A DNA stretch of 64,000 bases from Verrucomicrobiales bacterium (GCA_048260165.1 JBLXHA010000014.1:62882-126881); one strand, 5' to 3'; positions 43,802 to 54,627 are shown, counted from the stretch's first letter. The notes: a model not told the origin generated them from the letters alone. Made by a program: numbers and translations.

Positions 43802-44272
43802 ATGCACCTACGCTACCTTTTGATCGCGGCCGTTCCCGCTCTCGCTTTTCTCGCCGCTTCCTCCTGCAAGCAACAACCGCTCGCGGAACACGATGCCTAC
43901 CCGTCGTGGCCATCGAAAGTGCCGGAGGGAAAGATCGATTTCGCGAAAAACGTGCGCCCCATCCTCGTGATCAACTGTCTCGAATGTCACAACAACGAGA
44001 ACGCGAAGGACAACGGCAACCTGAGCCTCGAGACCCGCGAGCTCGCGCTGACGACGGGGGATCACGCGCCGGTGATCCTCCCGGGCAAGGCTGAGGACAG
44101 CCTGTTGATTCAGGCGCTGAAGCTGGACGGAATTCACTACGGGGCGATGCCTCCGACTCCGGACAAGATCTGGGGTGTCCGCATGGAGATTCTCCGCCGC
44201 TGGATCGATGAAGGCGCGAAATGGCCGGAGTCGGTCACGCTCGTCCATCCCGGAAAGTTGACAGAGTGGTGA
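43802..44272 (+). CDS. lipoprotein with Planctomycete-type cytochrome c (PSCyt1-like) domain
   Basis: MHLRYLLIAAVPALAFLAASSC (lipobox) and VRPILVINCLECHN (CxxCH). ATG at 43802, preceded by ggagg. Confidence 0.75.
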   Translation: MHLRYLLIAAVPALAFLAASSCKQQPLAEHDAYPSWPSKVPEGKIDFAKNVRPILVINCLECHNNENAKDNGNLSLETRELALTTGDHAPVILPGKAEDSLLIQALKLDGIHYGAMPPTPDKIWGVRMEILRRWIDEGAKWPESVTLVHPGKLTEW

Positions 44273-44428
44273 GCCGGCGCGCGAGCGATCCCCTCACCCG
44301 CCCTCCCCGCGCTGCAATCACGTGGCTTGTTTCCCGCGGGCGCTATGATACGATTCGGTGCTTTGACAGCGCCTTGCTGACGGCGTCCTCGAAACGACGC
44401 GAGATCCCGGGTGCGTATACAGGTAGAG

Positions 44429-46258
44429 ATGGCGACGAGAGATGACAGTGGCGTGAAAGATTCGCAAGTTCGCTCCGATCCGCCCGTTCCGGCAGAGCAG
44501 GATAGAGTCGCTTCGACGGCGATTCAGGACGGAGATCTCCGACGCTCGGTGATCGATCATCTCCCGGTCGGGGCCGTCTCTCTCGACGGGGACGATTTTT
44601 ATTTCAACGACGCCGCGGCGGAGCTGACGGGATACGGCCACGCCGAACTGCGGGGGTTCGACGACTGGTTCATCAAACTGCACGGCCCCGATTTTGAAAC
44701 GGTTCGCGGCGTCTATGAATCCTGCCTCGAAGGCGACTCCCCCGGCACCGCGCGGATGACCTTGACGCGCAAGGACGGCGAGGAGCGGATTGTCGAATGC
44801 TCCGGGAATCGACACGGTGATCAGTCGATCTGGCTCCTCCGCGACGTCACGGAAGAGGTCGCCGGTTTCGAATCGCTGCACGATCAGGCGGGGCGTATCC
44901 GGGCAATCCTCGACGCGACGGCGGACGCGATCGTGACGACCGATCTCGATGGGATCATCATCGAAGCCAACGCCTCCTCGATCAAGGCGTTCGGCTACTC
45001 CGGGGAGGAGCTGCGCGGGTCGGATTTCAGAAAACTCATCCTGCCGTCGCAGAAGGAAAAATACGATGAGTCGCTCGCCCGACACCGGCACGGGAGCGAA
45101 GCGGCCCCCACCGCCGCGGATCACGAATTCACCGGAAAGCGCAAGGACGGTTCGACTTTCCCGATCGATCTGGCGATCGGCGAGGTGAAAAACCCGAGAC
45201 TGCTCACCTGCGTCGTCCGCGATATTTCGATCCGGAAACGGATGCTCGAGGAAATCCAATCCGCTCACGAGTTCAACGAGAGACTGCTCGCGACGACGCC
45301 CTTCATCATTCTCGTCCTGGACTACGAAGGGCGTATCGTCCGCTACAATCAAGTGCTCGAACGGATCACCGGTCGTCGCCTCGAAGACACCGAAGGTTGC
45401 GACTGGTTCGAAACGTTTCTGCCGGAGCGCAACCGCGACCGGATCCGCGAGCTTTTTCAGGAATCGATCGAGGTGACACCCGCCGCCGGGAACGTGAATC
45501 CGATCACCACCCTTTCCGGCGAGGAGCGCGAGATCGAATGGCACTCGACGATTCTCCACGACGCGGAAGGCCTCGCGACGGGCCTCTTCTGCAGCGGGAT
45601 CGATATCACGGACCGGCTTCGCCTCGAACAGTCGGTTTATCAGGCGTCCGAGGAGGAGAAGATCCGCATCGCGGGAGAACTGCATGACGGACTCGGCTCT
45701 CTCCTCGGCGGGATCGCCTGCCTCGCGGGATCACTGAGGGAAAATCTGCGGAATGAAAAACCCGTCCACGTCACGGATGCGGAGGCGATCGTGACGCGAC
45801 TCCGGGAAGCGGTCACCCTGACCCGGACGCTCTCGCACGGTCTCCACGGCATCGCCGACCGTCCCAACGCGCTGCCGACCGCGTTGATGAAACTCGCGGA
45901 GGAGGTGCGCGCGACCTCCTCGATGGAATGCCGCTTTCTGCCACCTTATGGCGACGTGAAAATCACCAACCCCGTCGCGGCGAACCATCTATTCCGAATC
46001 GCTCAGGAGGCGGTCAACAACGCGATCCGCCACAGCGGCGCCAGCCATCTCACGATCAGTCTCGAAGCGGACAGGAGAGGCCGGCTCAAACTCGTGATCA
46101 CGGACGATGGACACGGGATCGCCCCGGAAGTCGCGCAGGGAGACGGGATCGGCCTCAGCACGATGCGCTACCGTGCCCGCGCGATCGGAGCGGAAATCAC
46201 CTTCCGCGGTCACCGCGAACACGGCACGAGGGTCGAATGTCTTTTTCCCAATCAGTAG
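44429..46258 (+). CDS. multi-PAS sensor histidine kinase (HisKA_3/NarX-type)
   Basis: Three PAS-like segments, H-box EEKIRIAGELHDGLGSLL, and an ATPase region NNAIRHSGA ... DDGHGI ... GIGLSTM. An alternative GTG start lies at 44411. Confidence 0.85.
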   Translation: MATRDDSGVKDSQVRSDPPVPAEQDRVASTAIQDGDLRRSVIDHLPVGAVSLDGDDFYFNDAAAELTGYGHAELRGFDDWFIKLHGPDFETVRGVYESCLEGDSPGTARMTLTRKDGEERIVECSGNRHGDQSIWLLRDVTEEVAGFESLHDQAGRIRAILDATADAIVTTDLDGIIIEANASSIKAFGYSGEELRGSDFRKLILPSQKEKYDESLARHRHGSEAAPTAADHEFTGKRKDGSTFPIDLAIGEVKNPRLLTCVVRDISIRKRMLEEIQSAHEFNERLLATTPFIILVLDYEGRIVRYNQVLERITGRRLEDTEGCDWFETFLPERNRDRIRELFQESIEVTPAAGNVNPITTLSGEEREIEWHSTILHDAEGLATGLFCSGIDITDRLRLEQSVYQASEEEKIRIAGELHDGLGSLLGGIACLAGSLRENLRNEKPVHVTDAEAIVTRLREAVTLTRTLSHGLHGIADRPNALPTALMKLAEEVRATSSMECRFLPPYGDVKITNPVAANHLFRIAQEAVNNAIRHSGASHLTISLEADRRGRLKLVITDDGHGIAPEVAQGDGIGLSTMRYRARAIGAEITFRGHREHGTRVECLFPNQ

Positions 46259-46323
46259 ACGCCTCCCGCTGAAGCGCCGAGCAGCAAATGCCGCGCGCGG
46301 AACGAATCACTTTTCTTGATCCG

Positions 46324-46824
46324 CTAGTCCCCCTTCCGGTCTCCGTATTCCGGAAGCTCCTGTTCGTAGAGCTGATGGAGAAACGCGGTGAGATCGATGA
46401 GCTGCCTCGCGGTCATGTGAGCGGTCAGATCCGGCATGAGAGGTTCCAGTCCGCCCTGGAGTTCCGCGTCGTTGATGATCGCGAGATACTGTTCGTTCAT
46501 GACGTGCCGCGGGCTCGTGATCGCGAGAACGAGGTCTTCGTAGTCCTTCACAAAACGCGCCTTGGACGCGAGTATCAACTCGATGCGACGCCTCTCTGCC
46601 GGTGCCGGGACATTCCTGTTTTTCACGGAGTGACACTGGATACAATTCAACGCCGCGAACGCGAGTTGGCCGAGTTCGGGATCACCGCCGCGAAATCGAA
46701 AGCCCACTTTCTCCGGTGACTTTTCCGGAACGACCGGATCCTGTGCTTCACCGGTAACCGGAAGGATGGCGACGGAAACAAGAGCAGCGACGGCCCATTT
46801 CGAAAAGGCATGGTTGAAATTCAT
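46324..46824 (-). CDS. secreted c-type cytochrome
   Basis: Signal MNFNHAFSKWAVAALVSVAILPVTGEA and heme motif NCIQCHS. An alternative ATG lies at 46863. Confidence 0.7.
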   Translation of the reverse strand: MNFNHAFSKWAVAALVSVAILPVTGEAQDPVVPEKSPEKVGFRFRGGDPELGQLAFAALNCIQCHSVKNRNVPAPAERRRIELILASKARFVKDYEDLVLAITSPRHVMNEQYLAIINDAELQGGLEPLMPDLTAHMTARQLIDLTAFLHQLYEQELPEYGDRKGD

Positions 46825-47113
46825 TTCATCAGTATGGCGCGGGATCGTCTCGCTGCCGCGCATCGCTTGATCATCTTCACGCGTTTCCTGTTATTCGCTC
46901 AATTTGGAAAGGGGCATTCGATTCATTTCGCCACCCATCGAGCGCCGGGGCGGACGGGTGACAATCAGCGCATCGGCATGGACAATCGACGCGAGGACTT
47001 CTGAAAAGAGAAACCCTATCTTTAAGACAAAACTCTCCGAAGCAGCGGGATGAAATTCGCCGGCGGCACCGGAAAGGGGCGGTGGAGTGGAACCCGCTGA
47101 TTGAGTCACGTAG

Positions 47114-47842
47114 ATGAGAGACAAAAAGGAAATCGCCAAACGCGACCGGCCTGCCGTGGAAAATCCCCTCACGCGCTCCCACCGGCGATTCGTGATTTCT
47201 CTCTCGATCGTCTATCTGGCGGTGTGGCTGGCGCTCGCGATCGCGCCCACTTCCCGTTACGACTGGGCGCTCGAGAATATCGTGGTCCTCGCAGGGATTC
47301 TGATCCTCGCGTTGACGTGGAGCCGGTATGTTTTTTCGCGCACCTCCTACCTCCTCATGACGCTGTTTCTCACCTTCCACGCGATCGGGTCGCACTACAC
47401 GTACTCGCAGGTTCCGTATAATGACTGGTTCGAACTCTTCCGCAGCCACCCTCTCGAAGCGGGCGAACCGGTCGCAAGAAATCACTACGACCGGTTCGTC
47501 CATTTTTCCTACGGGCTCCTCCTGTTTTATCCCTACCGGGAAAGCTTCCTGCGTTTCGCGGGCGTCCGCTGGAGATTCTGGAGCTATCTCGTCCCGTTTT
47601 CTTTCATCCTTTCGACTTCGCTGATCTACGAACTGCTCGAATGGGCCGCCGCGGTCGCTCTGGGGGAAGAGGCGGGGATCAGCTTCCTGGGATCTCAGGG
47701 CGATATCTGGGACGCGCAACAGGACTCCTTCTGCGCGCTCGTCGGTGCCTTGATCGCAGCGACGATACTGGAGATGATCTACCTCGCCACGAAACGCGAC
47801 CGGGCCCGCGAATGGATACGGATATCGGAACACGGGAACTGA
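47114..47842 (+). CDS. DUF2238/YjdF-like inner membrane protein
   Basis: 242 aa, multi-TM. HAIGSHYTYSQVPY ... YELLEWAAA resembles the YjdF family. Confidence 0.6.
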   Translation: MRDKKEIAKRDRPAVENPLTRSHRRFVISLSIVYLAVWLALAIAPTSRYDWALENIVVLAGILILALTWSRYVFSRTSYLLMTLFLTFHAIGSHYTYSQVPYNDWFELFRSHPLEAGEPVARNHYDRFVHFSYGLLLFYPYRESFLRFAGVRWRFWSYLVPFSFILSTSLIYELLEWAAAVALGEEAGISFLGSQGDIWDAQQDSFCALVGALIAATILEMIYLATKRDRAREWIRISEHGN

Positions 47843-47945
47843 ACGCGCCATCGATCCCTGCCTCCGGTCGACATCGAGAGCCTCACCTTTCGCCACGCTG
47901 ACTCCCCGTCTCATCCAACAGGGTCAAGTCGAGCACCCAACCCTG

Positions 47946-49037
47946 TCAGGTCACTGCGGAGGGCCTGACAAACGTATGCGTGGCGGCCCGCATCTGGATG
48001 AGATCGTCGATATTTTCCGCGGTCAGCCACCGGTAGAGACTGCCATCGTGATTGACGACCGCAGCTCCGGGGAGTCCGGAGGTGAGAAGCCTGCGTGACG
48101 CCTCCGCTGCGGGAACGTCCCTTTCGATCTGCGCCGGAATTTTGCTGACAGCGTCCGAGACCTTCGCGTTCGGCCCCGCATCGCGAAGAACGCGAACGAT
48201 GTCGTCGCGGATCGCAATCGCGACGCATTGCCCCTCATCGTTGACCACCGGAAAATCCGGCTGCGCGCCATCGAGAATGAGACCGACCGCATCGTGAATC
48301 GAGTCCTGCATCCGCAAGGTGTGAAATTCGCTCATCGCGGCGTCCTCCGCGAGAAGCCCCTCCAGCAAATGCTCGCGCTGAACGAAGGCGCCTTCGGCAC
48401 TCGCGGCAACTATCAGAAAGAGCCCGACGATGAAGAGGACCGGATGATGCGCGACGATCGCAATGGCGGCGAAAGCGAGCCCGGTGACTTCACCGATCCT
48501 CACCGCGATCGCCGTCGCCTTTTCGTAGGGCAGCTTCATCGCGAGGATCGCGCGCAGGACTCTTCCCCCGTCCATCGGAAAAGCCGGGAGCAAATTAAAA
48601 AGACCGAGCGCCAGATTCACATAAAGCAGAGCCTCGGCAAATGACCGCGTCGAGAACACACCGAAGCCATCGGGCTGCGGCGGGACGAGGCCGAGAATGA
48701 TCACTGCGATCGAGGCGAGAAAGAGGTTCACGGCGGGACCGGCGAGCGCCACCGCCACTTCCTCCCGCGGTTCTTTGGGGATGCTTTTCATCCACGCGAT
48801 TCCGCCGATCGGATAGAGAACGATTTTCGAAGTCGTGATCCCGAACCGAAGCGCGACGAGGACATGGCCCAACTCGTGAAGGAGCACGCACCCGAACACG
48901 AGGATGAGCCAGAGAGCCGCGTCGGGCTTCCCGTTGAGCCGGCCTGCGGTGGCGACCCAAACGAGGACGAGAACGAGCGTGAGGTGAATCCGGATCGCGG
49001 TCCCCGCGACATTGAACAGCTTGAATGACCAGCGCAT
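47946..49037 (-). CDS. site-2 protease (M50) family metalloprotease with C-terminal CBS pair
   Basis: HELGHVLVALRFG (HExxH), LPAFPMDGGRVL, then two CBS-like repeats. Confidence 0.85.
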   Translation of the reverse strand: MRWSFKLFNVAGTAIRIHLTLVLVLVWVATAGRLNGKPDAALWLILVFGCVLLHELGHVLVALRFGITTSKIVLYPIGGIAWMKSIPKEPREEVAVALAGPAVNLFLASIAVIILGLVPPQPDGFGVFSTRSFAEALLYVNLALGLFNLLPAFPMDGGRVLRAILAMKLPYEKATAIAVRIGEVTGLAFAAIAIVAHHPVLFIVGLFLIVAASAEGAFVQREHLLEGLLAEDAAMSEFHTLRMQDSIHDAVGLILDGAQPDFPVVNDEGQCVAIAIRDDIVRVLRDAGPNAKVSDAVSKIPAQIERDVPAAEASRRLLTSGLPGAAVVNHDGSLYRWLTAENIDDLIQMRAATHTFVRPSAVT

Positions 49038-49049
49038 TTTTTGTCGAGG

Positions 49050-49505
49050 TCAGGAAGCTCCTTGATCGGTCTCGGTGGGTCCACCGAAGAACTGCCACAT
49101 CATGAGACCGCGGTTGAGATGAAACACTTTCGTGAACCCCTCCCCGACGAAAGCGTCGAGCGATTGACGGCTCCGGTAGCCCCCGTCGCAATAGACGAGC
49201 AACGGAGTGTCGCGGTCCAGATCAGCGATCGACTCGCCCCCCGGAGTGCCCTCCTCGAAGGGGGCGTTAATCGCTCCCGGAAGCCTTCGCTTCCCGTATT
49301 TTTCGGCAGGCCTGACGTCAACCGCCACGATATCGTCGTGATGTTCGAAGAGACTGAGCGCGCGCAAGGTGGACAGGTTAGTCACTTCTTTCTTCGCCGA
49401 TCGCTTCGCGAAGAGCGACAGATCCCGGACTTCTTCGAGAAAGAACCACAGCATGATAAGAAGCAGTATTACGATGACGGGAAGAGAGAAACTTTCGGTA
49501 ATCAT
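49050..49505 (-). CDS. membrane-anchored rhodanese-domain protein
   Basis: N-terminal TM helix, VAVDVRPAEKYGKRRLPGAINAP and active-site loop YCDGGYRS. Confidence 0.8.
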   Translation of the reverse strand: MITESFSLPVIVILLLIMLWFFLEEVRDLSLFAKRSAKKEVTNLSTLRALSLFEHHDDIVAVDVRPAEKYGKRRLPGAINAPFEEGTPGGESIADLDRDTPLLVYCDGGYRSRQSLDAFVGEGFTKVFHLNRGLMMWQFFGGPTETDQGAS

Positions 49506-49512
49506 GACGGTG

Positions 49513-50355
49513 TCAGTGGGAAAGGAAGAGAGGTTTCGATTTCATTTCGATGAGTCTTTTCGTGAAGCTGCCCACGAAGAAGTCCTTAACCCTTCGCTTC
49601 GAGTGAATCCCGGCAACAACGAGGTCGAACGCATCGGCAACCCCCGGCGAGAGAGCCTCATCGATGGACCCGGATTCATGCCGGAGGACGACGTTCCCGT
49701 GGCCATGGGAAGCGAGGAATGCTTTCGCCTCACCGAGCAGAAAGTCGGCCTCTTTTTTTGGTTTCCCCGCGACGAAAAGCGTGATCTCGAAATCGAGAGG
49801 AGCCGCAAATCGCGAGAAGTCCTGAAGCGCCCGTGCCGACGAGAGGCTGCCATCGAACGCGACGAGCGCCCGGTCGAATGTGGCGAGTCCTTCCGCCGGC
49901 ACTGCGAGGATCGGCGTCACGGTGGGGTCGAGCAGTTCGCTGAGACTGCTCCCTTCGTTTCCGCGCGTTTCGAAGTGAAAGAAGGTCTCAAGACCGACGA
50001 CGATGAGGTCGTAGAAGATCGATGACTCGAGCAACTTCTTCGCGGGAATCCCGTCCCACCGGGTCTCGAAGTGTTTCACGCCTTCGCGCTCGCAGGTGGC
50101 GGCGAAACGGCTCATGCAATCGCTCAAAACATGTTTCGCATGTTCTTTTTTCGCATGAACCGCGTCCATCATCGCCAGGTAGTAGGGCCCGATTGCCGGA
50201 ACGAGGCTCGATGTGATCTCATGCGAATCGAGAACCACGACACCCCCGATCCCGGCCCCGTGCTTCTTCGCGATCCGGCATGCCGTCGTCGTCGCAGCAT
50301 CGGCGTAGATCGATGGATCGAGCGGCACCAATATACGCTTGATTGAGTTTTCCAT
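49513..50355 (-). CDS. tandem universal stress protein
   Basis: MENSIKRILVPLDPSIYADAA... and a second half ALVAFDGSLSSARALQ. ATG at 50355; the longer track ORF adds an implausible leader. Confidence 0.75.
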   Translation of the reverse strand: MENSIKRILVPLDPSIYADAATTTACRIAKKHGAGIGGVVVLDSHEITSSLVPAIGPYYLAMMDAVHAKKEHAKHVLSDCMSRFAATCEREGVKHFETRWDGIPAKKLLESSIFYDLIVVGLETFFHFETRGNEGSSLSELLDPTVTPILAVPAEGLATFDRALVAFDGSLSSARALQDFSRFAAPLDFEITLFVAGKPKKEADFLLGEAKAFLASHGHGNVVLRHESGSIDEALSPGVADAFDLVVAGIHSKRRVKDFFVGSFTKRLIEMKSKPLFLSH

Positions 50356-50521
50356 GCCCTCACCCTCGCCGCAATACCCGGCGGTGACTCTGCTCCGGTT
50401 GTGGAAACTCGCGCACGCATTGCGGAGCATTCGATGCGGGGACGCGCTCCAAGGCAAACGATGCGACATTTTCAACAAGCCGTGGGAAGCGTGAAACGGG
50501 GATTCGCCCTATCGTTGCAGC

Positions 50522-50995
50522 ATGACATACAACTCGATTCACAGGATAGTCGTCGCGATCGACTTCGGGGATGAGGCGGAGGACATTCTGCAGCTTGCGG
50601 GAGAACTGGGTCGCGAACTTTCGGCGGAGATTCACCTCGTTCATATCTACCAACCCGATCCCTGTTCGGCATACGAGTTGATGCTCTACCCGGTTCTGAT
50701 CCCGCAGGAGACGGCAGCCGGGCACGAGGCGATTCTCCAGGATGAGCGCCGCCAACTTCGTGATCAGGCCGCGGAACTGAGGAAAAAAGGCGCGAAGACC
50801 TCCGCCTACATGAAGCCTGTCTCCGGAGATATCCCGCACTCAATCCTGGAGTTTGTGTCCGAGGTTCACGCGAACCTCATCCTCATCGGAACGAGCCGTC
50901 CGAACCGTCTCAATGAGATGATCGTGGGAAGCGTTGCGAAAAAAGTGTTGAAACAAAGTCCGGTTCCGGTGCTGCTCGTTCCCCGCAAAAAGTAG
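50522..50995 (+). CDS. universal stress protein (single domain)
   Basis: IHRIVVAIDFGDEAEDILQLAGEL..., LILIGTSRPNRLNEMIVGSVAKKVLKQSPVPVLLV. Confidence 0.85.
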   Translation: MTYNSIHRIVVAIDFGDEAEDILQLAGELGRELSAEIHLVHIYQPDPCSAYELMLYPVLIPQETAAGHEAILQDERRQLRDQAAELRKKGAKTSAYMKPVSGDIPHSILEFVSEVHANLILIGTSRPNRLNEMIVGSVAKKVLKQSPVPVLLVPRKK

Positions 50996-51166
50996 CAGCG
51001 CATCGCGATCGCGGAGAAACGACGGAATTGCACCCGCGTGAAAAAAGCCTGACACATTCCTCATCGGGGCCGTTTTCTCAGATTGCGCCACCGTTGCTAT
51101 TGCAGGCGCCGCGATGAAACGCTTTCCAACCTTTCCTTCCCGCCTTATTTATTATACCAAAGTCCT

Positions 51167-52597
51167 ATGGCGCAATCCTCCGCTTCCGATCCGACCCTTC
51201 CGGACTCCGCCCATTCTCCCCGGAGTTGGTCGAGCGCGATCGTGGAGTCCGCTCCGAACGGAATCATCGTCGTGGACCAGAGCGGGAAAATCGTCCTGAC
51301 AAACGAGAAAGCCCGGAGCCTGTTCGGGTATTCGAAAGATGAATTCCTGAATCTGACGATCGAGGACCTCGTTCCGAAGCAGGCGCGAGGTCACCACTCA
51401 CACTACCGCGCCTCCTTTCACCGGAACCCGGAAACGCGGGTCATGGGCAGCGGGCGGGATCTCAGCGCCGTGCGAAAAGACGGTTCCGAGTTTCCCGTTG
51501 AGATCGGCCTGAATCCCCTGTCGGTGCCGGGACAGGAACTCGTGCTCTCCTCGATCGTGGATATCACGAAACGCAAAGAAGCCGAACTCAAGATCCGGGA
51601 GTATGCCGCGAAGCTCGAGTTTCAGGCCGCGATTTTGCAAAATGTCCACGACGCAGTCTTTTACCTCGATCGGAACGGGATCATCCTCGAATGGAATGAG
51701 GGAGCGGGACGCATTTTCGAACGCGGGCTCGACGATGCCGTCGGTCATCACGTCAGCCGGATTTTCGCGCAGGACAACTTCCCTCTTTTCGAAAATCTCG
51801 AAAAGAGCTTCCGGCACGCCGGGATTGCCGAGGAGACGATTCATTGCCGGAACGAATCCGGCCGCGACGTTTTCGTCAAGGCAACCGTCAAGCGAATGGA
51901 GCGCGACGGCGAGTCCGGGTATCTCGTGTGCGCGAGTGACATCACGGAGCGCAAAAAGCTCGAAGCCGAGCTGCTGAAGATCGCGGAAGAAGAGCAACGG
52001 AAAACCGGTCAGGATATTCACGACGACCTCTGCTCGCAACTTTCCGGGATCGGCTGCCTCACGAAAGTCCTCGAGAATCAGCTGGCCGAAGACCGCAGGA
52101 AAGAGGCTGAGCTCGTAAAAAATGTCGGAGAAATGGTCGCGGCAGCGGGAATCACCGCGAGAAATATCGCTCAGGGCCTCGTCCCATCCATCCTCGAAAA
52201 TCAGGGACTGGCGGGTGCGCTCCGGGACCTCGTCAACGCGAACCGGAAATCCTACGACATCGATATTCATCTCACGATTCCTGACAAAGAAGCCGCCAGC
52301 GCGATCACGCAGGAAATCTGCATTCAGCTGTACCGGATCGCTCAGGAGGCGATCACGGTTGCAGCTTGCCACAACAACGCCGATTCGATTCACGTGAACG
52401 CTTCGGTTAAAGATCATCGTTTCGAACTTTCCGTTGAAGACGACGGCAGAGGCCTGACAGAGGATACTGTCTCGCGTGATCTGGAAATGATTACGATGAG
52501 ACACCGGGCCGAATTGATTCACGCAAGTTTTAATGTCCACACCAACCCCGGCGGAGGGACGACGCTTCACTGCTCCGTGCCCCTGCCTTCCTCATGA
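51167..52597 (+). CDS. PAS sensor histidine kinase (HisKA_3 type)
   Basis: Two PAS segments, H-box EEQRKTGQDIHDDLCSQLSGI and a C-terminal ATPase region EDDGRGL. ATG at 51167; the track start 51083 is TTG. Confidence 0.85.
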   Translation: MAQSSASDPTLPDSAHSPRSWSSAIVESAPNGIIVVDQSGKIVLTNEKARSLFGYSKDEFLNLTIEDLVPKQARGHHSHYRASFHRNPETRVMGSGRDLSAVRKDGSEFPVEIGLNPLSVPGQELVLSSIVDITKRKEAELKIREYAAKLEFQAAILQNVHDAVFYLDRNGIILEWNEGAGRIFERGLDDAVGHHVSRIFAQDNFPLFENLEKSFRHAGIAEETIHCRNESGRDVFVKATVKRMERDGESGYLVCASDITERKKLEAELLKIAEEEQRKTGQDIHDDLCSQLSGIGCLTKVLENQLAEDRRKEAELVKNVGEMVAAAGITARNIAQGLVPSILENQGLAGALRDLVNANRKSYDIDIHLTIPDKEAASAITQEICIQLYRIAQEAITVAACHNNADSIHVNASVKDHRFELSVEDDGRGLTEDTVSRDLEMITMRHRAELIHASFNVHTNPGGGTTLHCSVPLPSS

Positions 52598-53241
52598 GCG
52601 AAGCCACCATATTCATCGTCGACGATCATCCCGTGATGAGAATGGGACTCTCGTGTCTGATCGGTGCAGCCGACGGACTTCAGGTCATCGGAGAGGCGGG
52701 ATCCGCGGGAGAGGCAATTGAAAAACTCGAAGCGATCGATGCGCCCGATCTGATCCTCGTCGATGTCTCGCTCCCGGACAGAAGCGGTCTCGAACTGCTC
52801 AAGGAACTGAAAACGGTCACCCCGAACTCGATGACGCTGGTCATTTCCTCACACGACGAGGAGGTCTACGCTGAGCGGGTCCTGCGTGCAGGCGGTCGGG
52901 GATATGTTATGAAGGATCGCGCTCCCGATCAACTGATCGAGGCCGTGCGACAGGTTCTCGGCGGCGGCATCTTTCTCAGCGGATCGATGACGGCTCAGAT
53001 GATGGAAGTCTTTGCGAACGGTGGCGCCAACGGTTCCTCGATTTCCTCGCTCACCGACCGCGAACTGGAAGTCTATCAGCTCATCGGCGAGGGGCAGGTC
53101 TCCCGGGAAATTGCGGCGCAACTCGGAATCAGTGTCCGCACGATCGATGCGCATCGCACCCACATCAAAGACAAGCTGGGCCTGCGTGACGCGGCTGAAC
53201 TCTCCTACCACGCGATCCGGTGGGTGCAGTCGCAGAGCTGA
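52594..53241 (+). CDS. NarL/LuxR-family response regulator
   Basis: REC domain (IFIVDDHPVMR ... LILVDVSLPDRSG) plus LuxR HTH (LTDRELEVYQLIGEGQVSREIAAQLGISVRTIDAHR). Its start overlaps the kinase stop (ATGA). Confidence 0.9.
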   Translation: MSEATIFIVDDHPVMRMGLSCLIGAADGLQVIGEAGSAGEAIEKLEAIDAPDLILVDVSLPDRSGLELLKELKTVTPNSMTLVISSHDEEVYAERVLRAGGRGYVMKDRAPDQLIEAVRQVLGGGIFLSGSMTAQMMEVFANGGANGSSISSLTDRELEVYQLIGEGQVSREIAAQLGISVRTIDAHRTHIKDKLGLRDAAELSYHAIRWVQSQS

Positions 53242-53275
53242 AAAAATCCTGAAAAACCGATTTCAAGAGACGGGG

Positions 53276-53590
53276 TCAGTTCCTCTTCCCGGACCGATAC
53301 TCCGCCAGCTCCCGCTCCGCCTTCTCGAGGCGGTCCAGCGTGTCCATCCAACGGCGAATAAAATAGAAGCTCATGTGTTCGCTGCGGTGAAGCCGATCAA
53401 CGAGCCGACATCGCGAAACCGCATCGGCTTTGAAAACGGGCTCGCCTCGATTGTCTCTTCCGCAGGCTTCCAAAATCCCGGCACGCTCGAGTTCCACAAT
53501 CAGTTCGCGATGAAACCCGGAAGCCCTGCTCAGCTCGTCCGTCCTCAGCCTCACGTCTGCTTGATACATCTGGATTGATCTCACTGTCAT
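53276..53590 (-). CDS. MerR-like HTH protein (CbpM-like)
   Basis: 104 aa. LSRASGFHRELIVELERAGILEA ... RLHRSEHMSFYFIRRWMDTLDRLE resembles chaperone-modulator CbpM/MerR_2 proteins. Confidence 0.5.
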   Translation of the reverse strand: MTVRSIQMYQADVRLRTDELSRASGFHRELIVELERAGILEACGRDNRGEPVFKADAVSRCRLVDRLHRSEHMSFYFIRRWMDTLDRLEKAERELAEYRSGKRN

Positions 53591-53655
53591 TGTCTTTCTG
53601 ATAGGTTTTCGGCTGTAAGGTCGCCACCCTGAAGTCAGGTCCTCTTCCGGTCACA

Positions 53656-54234
53656 TCACTTTCCCGTGTGCGCATCGATCCTGCTTCTCACATACTTCCT
53701 CACCTCGCGAATTTCCTCGCCTGTCATCTCTGCGATCCGGTGCAATCTCTCATCGAGCGAGCGCACCGCGTCTTCGATTTCGTGGGTTGCCAACATCGTC
53801 CCCGCTCCGAGGCTGATCGCTGCTGACTCGAGTTTCGTCCTGAACGATTTTGATCTGCCCGCAAACGAATCCTGAAGGTTCTCCAAATCGTCCTTGCCGC
53901 GAACCTCGAGTTTTTTCCATTTTGACTGGACCCCGTCGATGGCGTCGCTGATCTTCTCCCGCTGGGCGAGGTAGGCGTCGTGACTCTCCATCCGCCCGAG
54001 CGCGAGCTGCAACTTAAGCTCGTCCAACTTTTCCTGAAGCTCAGTGAGCGCCTCCCCGGGGATCGACCCGCTGCCAACGAGACTGTCCTTCACCTCATTG
54101 ACGAAACCGGAGAATTCATCCTTCTTCTCCTCGATGTAGTCCACCGCCTCCGCTTTGCCCAGTTTCATTTGAAGTTTAAACTCACCGAGTTCCTCCCGCA
54201 GATCCTGCTTCTCCTGTTCAAGCTTTTCTTTCAT
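53656..54234 (-). CDS. coiled-coil hypothetical protein
   Basis: 192 aa from ATG 54234. Repeated EL/KL heptad-like segments (LQMKLGKAEA / LKLQLALGRMES). No enzyme motif. Confidence 0.5.
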   Translation of the reverse strand: MKEKLEQEKQDLREELGEFKLQMKLGKAEAVDYIEEKKDEFSGFVNEVKDSLVGSGSIPGEALTELQEKLDELKLQLALGRMESHDAYLAQREKISDAIDGVQSKWKKLEVRGKDDLENLQDSFAGRSKSFRTKLESAAISLGAGTMLATHEIEDAVRSLDERLHRIAEMTGEEIREVRKYVRSRIDAHTGK

Positions 54235-54384
54235 GGGACAACCTATTGCGCCCCGTATTTTTTGGCGAATGCAATATGTGTGCATCAATTGTCATTCCGC
54301 GCACGGATTGTCACTTTTGCCTGCTCCCGCCCCCAATCGTTATTCTATTCCCGTTCGATCAGTCTATGCTAGGATCATTCAAAG

Positions 54385-54627
54385 ATGACCACCCCTCACA
54401 AATTTCAATTCAGCGCCGCGATCGTAATGCTGGCGCTCGTCATCGTTTTCGTGATACTCAACCGCGACACCACCGAGGTGAATTTTCTGTTCGGCGAGTT
54501 CACGGTGAGCCGCGCCTGGCTCGTGCTCGGGTTTTCCGGATCCGGGTTCATCGTCGGGTGGCTCGCGCATTCTCTCCTCGCGCACCTGAACCGCGCCCGC
54601 AAATCCCGTTCTCCTGATTCGAAATGA
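54385..54627 (+). CDS. LapA/DUF1049-like small membrane protein
   Basis: 80 aa with two TM helices flanking NRDTTEVNFLFGEFTVSRAWLV. Confidence 0.55.
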   Translation: MTTPHKFQFSAAIVMLALVIVFVILNRDTTEVNFLFGEFTVSRAWLVLGFSGSGFIVGWLAHSLLAHLNRARKSRSPDSK